The notes beneath the pieces were generated by a model. It was not told where the DNA came from, did not search any database, and saw only the letters and a program-made list of their open reading frames with translations. Made by a program: the position numbers and the translations under genes. DNA of 64,000 nt from Myxococcota bacterium (lineage in GTDB: Bacteria > Myxococcota_A > UBA9160 > SZUA-336). The DNA lies in assembly GCA_965247115.1 (NCBI GenBank), contig CBDFGR010000002.1, positions 1,472,001 to 1,536,000 on the forward strand, written 5' to 3'. Positions 1 through 8,820 of this stretch are shown in pieces; the first letter of the stretch is position 1; each line of letters begins with the position of its first letter.

Positions 1-276
1 TTGAAGCCCGAGAGCGCCGGGCCGCTCCGGGAGCTCCTCCGCGCCCTGGCGGAGCTGCCCCACTGGGACGTTGACACCCTGCGTCAGGCCTTCGACGCGG
101 TGCTCCCTGGCACGGGACTGAAGCTGGGCGCGCTCGCGCAGCCGGTTCGTGTGGCAATCACCGGAAGCTCCGCCAGCCCCGGCATCTTCGAGACCCTGGA
201 GCTGCTGGGCCGCGAGCGCAGCCTGAGCCGGATCGACGCCGCACTGTCCCACATCGCCGCTATGCCGGCAGCCTGA
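1..276 (+). CDS. gltX: Glutamate--tRNA ligase, C-terminal anticodon-binding domain (partial, runs off the window start)
   Basis: LGALAQPVRVAITGSSASPGIFETLELLGRERSLSRI matches the GluRS C-terminal motif; followed by tRNA-Gln. Confidence 0.9.
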   Translation: MKPESAGPLRELLRALAELPHWDVDTLRQAFDAVLPGTGLKLGALAQPVRVAITGSSASPGIFETLELLGRERSLSRIDAALSHIAAMPAA

Positions 277-304
277 TTGAAGATCCCTTTCGGGCGCCTA
301 TATT
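277..304 (+). promoter_or_regulatory. Putative sigma70 promoter for tRNA-Gln
   Basis: TTGAAG (277-282), 16-nt spacer, TATATT (299-304), 12 nt upstream of the tRNA. Confidence 0.45.
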
Positions 305-316
305 GGCGCCTTCCGC

Positions 317-390
317 TGGCGGGTCGTCTAACGGTAGGACTCAGGATTCTGGTTCCTGCTATCGGGGTTCGAATCCCTGCCCGCCAGCCA
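317..390 (+). tRNA. tRNA-Gln (CTG)
   Basis: Acceptor TGGCGGG/CCCGCCA, anticodon arm CAGGA-TTCTGGT-TCCTG, T-arm GGTTCGAATCC, encoded CCA end. Confidence 0.96.
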
Positions 391-467
391 GCCCGAATTC
401 GGGTCCTCTATTGAACATTTGCGCCCCGGGCTGCGTCTTACTTTCCGAAGCACAAAGCACCCCAGCT

Positions 468-572
468 GGGGCCCGCGATGTGAAGGAGGCGAATCCCTCT
501 AGGCATCAGAGTCTTCCAGAGATCTGTCTCCCTCCCTCTGATGCCCCCCTCCCGACTCGCGGGCCCCTTTCT
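468..572 (+). ncRNA. Candidate structured RNA (long interrupted hairpin), class unknown; strand uncertain
   Basis: Perfect 11-bp outer stem (468-478/557-567), GGAGG/CCTCC pairing (485-489/548-552), perfect 10-bp inner stem (502-511/536-545), followed by TTTCT; intergenic. Confidence 0.35.
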
Positions 573-625
573 CGTCCTGGGGACACAGCGGGCCTTGCGA
601 GGAGTCGGCCTGGCGGAGGGGCGGT

Positions 626-946
626 CTAGAAGTCGGTGGTACCGACGCACTCGCCCAGGCGGCGCTTGAAGGTGAAGCGCGCGGGCTTGTAGACCAGGCT
701 CTCTGTCACAGAGCGGAAGTCCTTCTTCACCGTCACGTAGGCGAAGGGTGCGACGCCCACGTACATTCCGGTACCAATGGCGAGGGCCAGAAGCGAGAGG
801 GGCCGGAGGACGATCAGGTCGAAGGTCTTCGGGTAGTCGCAAGTCTCGAAGGAGTTGTCCAAGCCAGCCTGCGCCGCTGCCGGGCTGAACCCGAGCACCG
901 CGAGCAGTGCGAGGCTGGCAGTCAGAGTACGAGCAGATCTCCGCAT
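626..946 (-). CDS. Small exported/membrane hypothetical protein
   Basis: GGAGG RBS before ATG at 946; signal peptide ending AQA; hydrophobic segment DLIVLRPLSLLALAIGTGMYVGVAPF. Confidence 0.7.
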   Translation of the reverse strand: MRRSARTLTASLALLAVLGFSPAAAQAGLDNSFETCDYPKTFDLIVLRPLSLLALAIGTGMYVGVAPFAYVTVKKDFRSVTESLVYKPARFTFKRRLGECVGTTDF

Positions 947-1039
947 GGGCTCCTCCCTTCCCGGCCCGTCGGCAGGGACTGGCATAGCCATCGGGACCCG
1001 GCGAGGCGAACTTGACGGGGAAGGCCTGCGCCTCGAGGG

Positions 1040-2212
1040 TCAGGCGACGGAGAGGGGCTCCCCCGCCCGGTAGACCTGCACGGGGCGCAGGTCGGCGTCG
1101 AGCACCAGAAGGTCCGCATCGAAGCCCGGCTCGATCCGGCCCTTGCGAGCTCCGAGCCCGATCACGTCAGCGGGAGTCGCTGTCGCCATTCGGACCGCGT
1201 CGGCGAGAGAGAGCCTGGCGGAGGAGACCGCCTCTCGGAGTGCGGTGACCAGTGGAATCACACTACCTGCCAACCCGCCGTCTGCCGTGGCGTAGCCTTC
1301 CGCATGGATCTCCGCATCCAGGCCTCCCAGCTGATAGCGCCCCGGCGCCAGGCCCGCAGCCGGTGTTGCATCGCTGATCAGCGCCACGGACTCTGCACCG
1401 CGCAGCTCCACGAGCGTCCGGACCAGCTCGGGGTGCAGGTGGTGACCGTCCATGATGACGCTGCCCCGCAGCTCGGGATCGCACAGGAAGGTCCCCACCA
1501 TGCCGGGCTCGCTGCGTCGGTAGCCGCGCTCCGGGTCGTCGGGTCGATCCGGCCAGTCGCTGGCGTTGCCCACGTGCGTCATGAACGACAGACCGTGCTC
1601 AATGGCGTCCCGCAGCTGGCTGCGCGTCGCGCGCGAGTGCCCTGCGGAGACAACGGCACCCGCGCGGTGAAAGCGAGCGATCGCGTCGAGCGCCCCCTCG
1701 CGCTCGGGCGCCAGCGTGACCATGCGCAGTCCCGACCCTGCCTTCGCGAGCAGCCGGTCGACGCGTTCCGGTGTCGCATCGCAGAGGTGTTCGCGGCCGT
1801 GCGCACCGCACTTCTCCTCCGCCAGAAACGGGCCCTCCAGGTGGATGCCCACGAGCGGGCCCGTTTCGGCCAGATCCGCCGTGAGCCGGGCAAGCGCAGA
1901 CTCCAGGCGCTCGAGCGGAGCGCTGACCAGGGTGGCCAGCAGGCTGGTCGTGCCATGGCGCAGGTGGAAGCTCGTGGCCCGTTCGCGCGCGGTTTGATCC
2001 GCGTCCGAGTAAGCCGCTCCGGCGGCGCCGTTCACCTGCAGATCGACAAGCCCTGGCACAAGCGTCGCGTCCTCGTAGCTCACGTCACCCGGTTGCGGAG
2101 AGACGTCAGCAGAGACCTGGATGATGCGCCCGTTGGCGATGCGCACGCGCAGGCGCTCCAGACTGCGCTCGGGGGTGACAGCGCGCGCCACCCAGAGGGC
2201 CAACTCGCTCAC
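1040..2212 (-). CDS. nagA: N-acetylglucosamine-6-phosphate deacetylase (amidohydrolase)
   Basis: PGLVDLQVNG, HLEGPF, VTLAPE, GHS, DGHH, ISDA and G.IEPGFDADL motifs. Confidence 0.85.
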   Translation of the reverse strand: MSELALWVARAVTPERSLERLRVRIANGRIIQVSADVSPQPGDVSYEDATLVPGLVDLQVNGAAGAAYSDADQTARERATSFHLRHGTTSLLATLVSAPLERLESALARLTADLAETGPLVGIHLEGPFLAEEKCGAHGREHLCDATPERVDRLLAKAGSGLRMVTLAPEREGALDAIARFHRAGAVVSAGHSRATRSQLRDAIEHGLSFMTHVGNASDWPDRPDDPERGYRRSEPGMVGTFLCDPELRGSVIMDGHHLHPELVRTLVELRGAESVALISDATPAAGLAPGRYQLGGLDAEIHAEGYATADGGLAGSVIPLVTALREAVSSARLSLADAVRMATATPADVIGLGARKGRIEPGFDADLLVLDADLRPVQVYRAGEPLSVA

Positions 2213-3000
2213 CGGCCTGCGAGGGTGAGCATGGCGTCGACTGCGACCGTGATGCAGGCGTCCATGTTCTTGTCGATGTCGAGCTCGGCAGGGCCCGGCC
2301 AGGGAGCGCGATCCGATACCACGCAGATGCAGCCCGCCCGCAGGCCGAACAGATTGGCAAGGGTGAGCAGGATCCCGCTCTCCATCTCGCAGTTCTGAAC
2401 GCGCGCCGCCCGCATCTGCACCAGCCGCTGCTCGAGCTCTGGCGAGCGGTAGCCGTTGAAGCTCATCGTCTCCAGCGCGCCATCCACGCCCAGGATGGCG
2501 TTTCGAGCATAGAACGCATCCATCGCCCAGGTCAGGCCAATGCGGTGACGCACGCCGCGAGCGCGCGCAGCGGACACCAGCGCGGCTACCACTTCGTAGT
2601 CCGCAACCGCCGGATAGCTGGGGGTGACATAGCTGCTGGACGTGCCGTCATCACGCACCGCGCCGGTGGTAATCACGAGGTCACCCAGCGCGGCAGCCGG
2701 ATCGAGGCCCCCGCTGTTGCCCACGCGAATGAAGGTCGTCGCCCCGATCTTCGCCAGCTCCTCGATCAGAATCGCCGTGCTCGGAGCACCGATTCCCGTC
2801 GAGGCAGCGGCCAGCTGTACTCCGTTGAGCTCGCCGAGCTGGATTCTGTATTCGCGAACGTTGCAGACCTCGCGCACACGAGACCAGCCCGCGGAAATAC
2901 GCTCAACTCGCGCCGGATCGCCACACAGAAAGACGTTCTCGCCAGCGTCGCCGCTGCGCAGGCCGCTGATGGGCTGCCCGGGCTCCTCACTCATAGACAC
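2209..3000 (-). CDS. Uridine/nucleoside phosphorylase (PNP_UDP_1 family)
   Basis: GDPARV, REY, STGIGAPS, RVGNSG, AVRDDGTS and EME motifs; overlaps the nagA start by 4 nt. Confidence 0.85.
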   Translation of the reverse strand: MSMSEEPGQPISGLRSGDAGENVFLCGDPARVERISAGWSRVREVCNVREYRIQLGELNGVQLAAASTGIGAPSTAILIEELAKIGATTFIRVGNSGGLDPAAALGDLVITTGAVRDDGTSSSYVTPSYPAVADYEVVAALVSAARARGVRHRIGLTWAMDAFYARNAILGVDGALETMSFNGYRSPELEQRLVQMRAARVQNCEMESGILLTLANLFGLRAGCICVVSDRAPWPGPAELDIDKNMDACITVAVDAMLTLAGR

Positions 3001-3112
3001 GTTCCATCGGTTCCGATGAACCTTTCGCGCACAAGTCTAGAGGAATCGCTAACGCTCTAGCCAGTTTCGTCCGAAAGGGGCAGCAGTAGAAACTTGTGGG
3101 GAGAACCACCAC

Positions 3113-3523
3113 GTGAAGATCAACGTCTCCGCCAAGAAGTGGCAGACCGCGACCAGCAAGCGGAGCTGGACGAAGCTCGCGAGTCACATTTCGAGTCACT
3201 ACCCGAAGGACTCCGCGCTCCACACCGCGCTGCGCGGAATGTTCAAGAGCACGGACGCGGCCGTGATGCGGTACGGCACGGGCATGAAGAAGAAGCCGTC
3301 CGCAGCCAAGCGCCGACCGGCCAAGCGGCGGAGCGCGCCCAAGCGGCGAGCCACCGCCAAGCGTCGCAGCACGGCCAAGCGCGCACCGGCAAAGCGCCGG
3401 GCAGCGGCCAAGCGTCGCGCACCGGCCAGGCGCCGCACCGCCGCGCGCAAGGCTGCTCCCAAGCGCCGTACCGCCATGCGCCGCGGAACGCGTCGCACCA
3501 CGGCCCGCCGCAAGCGAGCCTGA
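3113..3523 (+). CDS. Histone H1-like Lys/Arg/Ala-rich basic protein
   Basis: GGAG RBS and GTG start; about 58-aa N-terminal domain then a tail of repeated AKRR/PKRR units; strong hairpin downstream. Confidence 0.7.
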   Translation: MKINVSAKKWQTATSKRSWTKLASHISSHYPKDSALHTALRGMFKSTDAAVMRYGTGMKKKPSAAKRRPAKRRSAPKRRATAKRRSTAKRAPAKRRAAAKRRAPARRRTAARKAAPKRRTAMRRGTRRTTARRKRA

Positions 3524-3544
3524 AACCGGGCACTCCCGGCTAGT

Positions 3545-3580
3545 TAGACCCCCGGCGGCGATCTCGTCGTCGGGGGTCTA
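3545..3580 (+). terminator. GC-rich hairpin, probable terminator of the basic-protein gene
   Basis: TAGACCCCCGGCGGCGA / TCGTCGTCGGGGGTCTA 17-bp stem with G-U pairs; no U-tract. Confidence 0.5.
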
Positions 3581-3650
3581 CCGCCCGCCCTCTCCCGTAC
3601 GAATCTCGCCCCCTGGCGTCGACGGGAGAGCACCCAGCTTGGCCCCCGCG

Positions 3651-3679
3651 TTGACGAAAGGCGCACCGGTCACTACCCT
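3651..3679 (+). promoter_or_regulatory. Sigma70 promoter for tRNA-Glu
   Basis: TTGACG, 17-nt spacer, TACCCT, then a GC-rich discriminator just upstream of the tRNA. Confidence 0.6.
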
Positions 3680-3690
3680 GCGCGCCTCTC

Positions 3691-3766
3691 GGTCCCATCG
3701 TCTAGGGGTTTAGGATACCAGGTTCTCACCCTGGAGACACGGGTTCAAATCCCGTTGGGACCACCA
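3691..3766 (+). tRNA. tRNA-Glu (CTC)
   Basis: Acceptor GGTCCCA/TGGGACC, anticodon arm CCAGG-TTCTCAC-CCTGG, T-arm GGTTCAAATCC, CCA end. Confidence 0.96.
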
Positions 3767-3821
3767 ACTCTCGCGCATAAGCGGTCAAGGTCGAGCCGCG
3801 CGAAGCCGATTTTGCTCGCGT

Positions 3822-5447
3822 ATGTCTGTATCTGATGGGACAGACGCTGAGCTCCGGGCAGTAAAGGGAGCCATCGATACGCTGGTTCGAACCGAGCGGA
3901 TGGTGCGCACCTACCCGGTCGGCAATCAGCTCAGCCAGAATCTACTGGCCGATCTTCTGAGCAAGCTGCCAGAGGTGCTGCCCCTCGACCTTCGCGTCGC
4001 GCGTGACCAGCTGATCTGGAACGATGTCCCGCTGCTCGAGGCGAACAAGGACCGTTCCGACATCGCTGGCCGACTCTACAAGGACGGCGTGCGGATACTG
4101 CGCCTGGGAGCGCAGATCGACGCCGGCGAGCTCGAGCGCTTCATCGTCTCGCTCGCCACGCCGCTCCATCCCGACGACCTGTCAGAGGACTACGTCACTC
4201 GCCTCTGGGAGGCGGATCTCCCGAACGTCCGGATCGTCGCCATAGATCCCTATCTCGACCTCGACGTTCCCGACGAGGTCCTCGAGGGCAAAGATGTTCC
4301 GACGGCCGAGGTCGAGGACATCGCCCCGGTCCCCGCTGACGAGGGAGCGGGGCTGGACATCGCTCCCCCGCCAGAAGAGGCGTTTCGCATATCTCACGAA
4401 GATGGCGAGCGAATCGCGCAGGAGATCGAGCGGGTGACGACGACCCCGCCCTGGTCGACCTTCATGATCGCTCTATTCGACTTGATGGGCGACGAGAGCA
4501 AGGCGGATCGGTTGGAGGATCTCGTGTCGCTCCTGGAAGCGACGTTCCAGCGCACGCTGCGTGACGGACAGGTCGACGTGGCCACGGAGCTCCTGCTGCG
4601 TATCCGGGCCGACGTTCCCTCAGTCGCGGACCAGGCCGTTCGCGAGGCGCTGTTTCGGATGGGGCACGCAGACCGGCTGCAGCCACTCCACGAGGCGCTC
4701 GAGGGTGGATCGTGCGATCTGGAAGCGGCGGAGCGCGTGTTCGTGCTGCTCGGCGAGTGGATCCCTGAGACTCCCTGCTCCCTGCTCACCGCGTCCACGC
4801 TGGATCGCTCGCGTCGCTTCTACGCAGACGTCCTCGCGAAGATTGGTGAGGTTGCGTTCGAGCCCGTCCTCCAACACATCCATTCCACTGCAGACGCGAC
4901 CAAGCCGCACTTCGTACGCGTGCTCGGCAAGCTGAATGATGAGCGCGCGACCGAGCCGCTGACCTCGCTCACGCGAAGCGCCCACCCAGCCCTGCGCAGG
5001 GAGGCACTGCGCGGCCTGGCATCGATGCAGAGAAACGGAGCGGAGCCGCAGCTGATACGTGCGGCTCTGTCCGATGCGGACTCGTCCGTCCGGCTAGTGG
5101 CACTCAAGTGCCTGGTAAGCCTGCGCTCCGAGCTCGACCCTGCGCCGCTGATTGCCCGGGCCTCGTCCGGAGAGGCGCGGGCGCTGGCGGACGAAGAGAT
5201 CGACCTCATCTACCTGACCATCGGCGCGACGAATCGGCCAGAAGCGCTGGAGTTCTTGAGCGAGCGCATGCGGCCTGGCTGGCTCCGGGGCCGATCCGAC
5301 TCGCGGACCTGGGCGCGCGCCGCTCGCGCGCTGGCAAGCATGCGGTTGCCCGAAGCGCGACAGGCACTCGAGGCCGGCACCCGGAGCGGCAAGAAGGAGC
5401 TCGCCGAGATCTGTGGGAGCGCTCTCGAGAAGGCAAGCACGACATGA
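3822..5447 (+). CDS. HEAT-repeat protein
   Basis: 541-aa ORF; C-terminal HEAT-like repeats (LRREALRGL, DADSSVRLVALKCL); ATGA overlap with the next gene. Confidence 0.75.
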   Translation: MSVSDGTDAELRAVKGAIDTLVRTERMVRTYPVGNQLSQNLLADLLSKLPEVLPLDLRVARDQLIWNDVPLLEANKDRSDIAGRLYKDGVRILRLGAQIDAGELERFIVSLATPLHPDDLSEDYVTRLWEADLPNVRIVAIDPYLDLDVPDEVLEGKDVPTAEVEDIAPVPADEGAGLDIAPPPEEAFRISHEDGERIAQEIERVTTTPPWSTFMIALFDLMGDESKADRLEDLVSLLEATFQRTLRDGQVDVATELLLRIRADVPSVADQAVREALFRMGHADRLQPLHEALEGGSCDLEAAERVFVLLGEWIPETPCSLLTASTLDRSRRFYADVLAKIGEVAFEPVLQHIHSTADATKPHFVRVLGKLNDERATEPLTSLTRSAHPALRREALRGLASMQRNGAEPQLIRAALSDADSSVRLVALKCLVSLRSELDPAPLIARASSGEARALADEEIDLIYLTIGATNRPEALEFLSERMRPGWLRGRSDSRTWARAARALASMRLPEARQALEAGTRSGKKELAEICGSALEKASTT

Positions 5448-6865
5448 GCGAGACGCCCGAACAGCTCGAACGCCAGAAGCTCGTGCACGGCCGCGAGTTC
5501 GTCGCGCGCTGGACGGGTCTGTTCAAGGCTCTTGGCCTGTACGACTGGAGACACGCCGCCGTGCGGGCAGCGGCCGAACGGGTCCTCCACTCGGCTCGCG
5601 AGTTGGGCGACGGCTGTCCGGTGGATCTCGCGATCCGGAGGGACCTGATCTACCTCGACGGCTCGCGCCTCAAGGAGGGCGGTGCCAGCGCCACGGCGTT
5701 TCAGCGACTGACCGGTGTGCTGCGCACCGCGCGGATCAAGGGCTTTACCACCGACCCGAACTCCGATCCCTTCGATCTGCAGATCTTCGGCCACCTGCTG
5801 CTTGGAGTGCATCAGCGCGGTCTCACGTCGGAAGAGCTGCTACGAGAGCTCAAGGTGCACAATGCGACCTCGCTGGAGGTGGTCATCGACGACTGCGACG
5901 AGGAGGAGGACCCGGCGCTGCTGGAAGGTCACCAGCTGCAGAAGCGGGTCTACGTGTGCTCCATCGGCGTGCTGAAGGCGGTGTTCCACGAGACTCGCGA
6001 GAAGGACCGCATGAACTCCCGACGCGTGAAGCGCGTCGTGCAGCAGATGATGGAGTCTGTGGACCAGGACTCCGGCTACGCGCTCAGCCTCACCAGCGTC
6101 AAGAACTACGACGAGTACACGTTCAACCACAGTGTGAACGTCGGCGTGCTGGCCATCGCCCTGGGACGCGCGATCGGCCTGCCCCGCCAGCAGCTCTACA
6201 TCGTTGGACAGGCCGGCATGCTCCACGACATCGGCAAGCTCTGCGTCCCGAAGGAGATCCTGAACAAACCTGGCGCCCTCGACCCCCAGGAGAGGCAGGT
6301 CATCCAGAAGCATCCCACTGAGGGCTTCCTCACGATCGCGTCCAACCAGGGAGTGACCGCCGAGACGGTCGGGGTCGCCCTCGGCGCCTACGAGCACCAC
6401 TTGAACGCGGACGGATCAGGTTACCCGGATCGCAGTGTGGTCCGGCCGGTAACCTTGCTGAGCCGCATCGTGGCGATCGTGGACCGCTACGATGCGATGA
6501 CCAGTGTGCGCGTGTACCACCCCGGGATGACGCCTCCCAAGGCGCTCTCGCTCCTGCACTACCACTGGGGCGACCAGATCGACCAGACGCTCTTGCGCTA
6601 CTTCATGAACATGCTGGGCATGTTGCCCCTGGGCACCGTGGTTCGCCTCTCGGACGACTCGGTCGGAATCGTGATTGGCGAGGGCTCCGTCACCGAGATC
6701 CGTCACCTCCCCCAGGTTCGCCTGATCATCGACAACCGAGGCCACGAGTGCCCACCGAACACCATCGACCTGTCGCTGCGCGCCAAAGAGCCCGACGCCC
6801 TCCAGGTCATCGAGACCCTCAAACCGACGGACTTCGGCATCGAGGTCATCGACTACCTCGAGTAG
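5444..6865 (+). CDS. HD-GYP domain cyclic-dinucleotide phosphodiesterase
   Basis: YTFNHSVNV, LHDIGK, HH...DGSGYP and IVDRYDAMTSVRVY motifs; ATG at 5444 coupled to the upstream stop. Confidence 0.88.
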   Translation: MSETPEQLERQKLVHGREFVARWTGLFKALGLYDWRHAAVRAAAERVLHSARELGDGCPVDLAIRRDLIYLDGSRLKEGGASATAFQRLTGVLRTARIKGFTTDPNSDPFDLQIFGHLLLGVHQRGLTSEELLRELKVHNATSLEVVIDDCDEEEDPALLEGHQLQKRVYVCSIGVLKAVFHETREKDRMNSRRVKRVVQQMMESVDQDSGYALSLTSVKNYDEYTFNHSVNVGVLAIALGRAIGLPRQQLYIVGQAGMLHDIGKLCVPKEILNKPGALDPQERQVIQKHPTEGFLTIASNQGVTAETVGVALGAYEHHLNADGSGYPDRSVVRPVTLLSRIVAIVDRYDAMTSVRVYHPGMTPPKALSLLHYHWGDQIDQTLLRYFMNMLGMLPLGTVVRLSDDSVGIVIGEGSVTEIRHLPQVRLIIDNRGHECPPNTIDLSLRAKEPDALQVIETLKPTDFGIEVIDYLE

Positions 6866-6941
6866 CCCGACCCGGTTCAGCTCCCTTGTAGAGCACCCTG
6901 CTGATATCCTGGGTGCGAACACTGTTGAGGAGTTCGGAGCC

Positions 6942-7127
6942 ATGGCCGTGGTCAAGTACGATCCCGAGGTCTGCATCCACGCGGGAAACTGCGTGCGCAC
7001 GCTGCCCACCGTCTTCCAGGTCAAGGACAAGAAGTTCGTGATCGTGCAGGACGGCGCACCAAAAGAAGAGATTGAGAAGACGGTCCACGCCTGCCCATCG
7101 GGTGCACTCACTCTCGAGGAAAGCTAG
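6942..7127 (+). CDS. Small divergent 4Fe-4S ferredoxin-like protein (YjdI-like)
   Basis: CIHAGNC...CPSGAL cysteine pattern; GAGGAG RBS. Confidence 0.8.
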   Translation: MAVVKYDPEVCIHAGNCVRTLPTVFQVKDKKFVIVQDGAPKEEIEKTVHACPSGALTLEES

Positions 7128-7130
7128 CGG

Positions 7131-8069
7131 GTGCCCATCGACAGCTACTCGTTGGCAAAAGAGCTGAACGAGCTCCGGGCGCTCGCCGCCAAGAAGCTCG
7201 TCCTTGATCCCCTGCCGATCGGGAAAGAGGCCACCGCAAGGCTTCAGGCCAAGATCGAGGAGCACGAACTCCAGGCGAACATCGCCGACCTCGAGACCCA
7301 GGGCTACACAGTGTTGCCTCCGGGGAAGGCGGTTCCCCTCGAGTTCGTGGACCGCCTGCGCGAGACGATTCTGCGTCTTGCTGCAGATGACCGCAGCGCC
7401 GAGAACTTCGCAGGACAGGACCGAGGTCTGGGACAGACCGCATTCCACCTGTTGCCTCGAGACCTTATCTTCGAGGAGGCGCTCATGGCGCCCGCTCCGG
7501 GCACGATCGTCACGTACCTGCTCGGGCACCGCGCAAAGCTCAGCCAGTCGACCGCGCTGATCAAGGGCGCCGGGGGCCAGGCGCTCGGCATCCACGCCGA
7601 CCACAGCGCCAAGCTGCCCGCACCCTGGCCCAGGGTCTCTCAGTACAGCGTCGTGACATGGGTGCTCACGGACTACACCCGGGAGAACGGCGCGCTCTGC
7701 GTGTGGCCCGGAAGCCACCGGTTCTGCCAGCCTGTTCCCGAGCACCTGACGATGGCTCACGACCACGAGGACATAAAGCTCCTCGAGGTCCCGGCCGGCT
7801 CCGTGATCGTGTGGCACGGGAGCCTCTGGCACGGGGCGGTGCCGCGGACGGCGGACGGACAGCGCGTGACCCTCGTCCTCCCCCACTGTCGCGACCACAT
7901 ACAAGCGCAAGAGCTGTACTGGGCGACGACTACGCCCGAGATGATCGAACGCAACCCGAGACGGTTCTCGACCCTGATGGGGCTGCACTCCGTGAATCCC
8001 TGGATTCAGGACGGGCCCGACTCGTCGCGGCTCGCCATGGCACCGAGCACAGGCTCTCACTTCGAGTGA
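7131..8069 (+). CDS. Phytanoyl-CoA dioxygenase family Fe(II)/2-oxoglutarate oxygenase
   Basis: HAD iron motif, LTDYTRENGA.PGSH and distal WHG histidine. Confidence 0.85.
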   Translation: MPIDSYSLAKELNELRALAAKKLVLDPLPIGKEATARLQAKIEEHELQANIADLETQGYTVLPPGKAVPLEFVDRLRETILRLAADDRSAENFAGQDRGLGQTAFHLLPRDLIFEEALMAPAPGTIVTYLLGHRAKLSQSTALIKGAGGQALGIHADHSAKLPAPWPRVSQYSVVTWVLTDYTRENGALCVWPGSHRFCQPVPEHLTMAHDHEDIKLLEVPAGSVIVWHGSLWHGAVPRTADGQRVTLVLPHCRDHIQAQELYWATTTPEMIERNPRRFSTLMGLHSVNPWIQDGPDSSRLAMAPSTGSHFE

Positions 8070-8113
8070 GCCAGCGACGGAGACACAGCTCACGCGTGGG
8101 CTAGAATGAGGCC

Positions 8114-8818
8114 ATGACGGACGTAGTGACGTACGAGCTGTCCCAGGATGTCGCGGTCCTGAGGATCGACGACGGGAAAGTGAACGCGCTCGGTCCTGAG
8201 CTGCTCGCGGCCTTGAATGCGGGACTCGATCGAGCGGAGAAGGAGTCGAAGGCGGTGCTGATCGTCGGTCGGCCCGGACGCTTCTCGGCCGGTTTCGATT
8301 TGGGTGTGATCCGCTCCGGTGGCGCGGGGGCTGCGGCCGAGCTCGTGACCGCGGGTGCCAGGGTAGCGGTCCGGATCGCGCGACATCCAGCACCGGTGGT
8401 CATCGCCTGCACAGGACACGCCCTGGCGATGGGCGCGGTGCTGCTCGTGGCCGCCGATCTTCGGATCGGAGCGACCGGCGATTTCAAGATCGGCTTCAAC
8501 GAGGTCGCCATCGGCATGACGACGCCGCTTTTCCTGATGGAGCTCGCACGCGACCGGCTGTCCAAACGGCACTTCCTCCGTGCGACGGTGCAGGCCGAGA
8601 TCTACACTCCTGAGACCGCCGTCGACGCCGGCTTCCTGGACCGTGTGACGGCGCCCGACGACGCGGTGGAAGCCGCTCGGCGGGAGGCCCAGCGCCTGGC
8701 GGAGCTTCCGGGGCCCATCTTCTGCGCGACGCGTGCGCGCGCCCGTCGCGCAGTGCTCGACCAGATTGAAGCGTCGCTGGACCAGGACATGGCCGCGTCC
8801 TTCCCTGTCTCGTCGTAG
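8114..8818 (+). CDS. Crotonase/enoyl-CoA hydratase family protein
   Basis: DDGKVNAL, FSAGFDL, GHALAMG and NEVAIG motifs. Confidence 0.88.
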   Translation: MTDVVTYELSQDVAVLRIDDGKVNALGPELLAALNAGLDRAEKESKAVLIVGRPGRFSAGFDLGVIRSGGAGAAAELVTAGARVAVRIARHPAPVVIACTGHALAMGAVLLVAADLRIGATGDFKIGFNEVAIGMTTPLFLMELARDRLSKRHFLRATVQAEIYTPETAVDAGFLDRVTAPDDAVEAARREAQRLAELPGPIFCATRARARRAVLDQIEASLDQDMAASFPVSS

Positions 8819-8820
8819 CT

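Noticed and set aside
456..480. Similarity of AGCACCCCAGCTGGGGCCCGCGATG to 3629-3653 upstream of tRNA-Glu, as a possible att or regulatory repeat
   Set aside because: Short, gapped, GC-rich match that is not a tRNA 3' end; chance cannot be excluded.
303..629. 108-aa ORF over tRNA-Gln
   Set aside because: It overlaps a clear tRNA and has no protein-like features.
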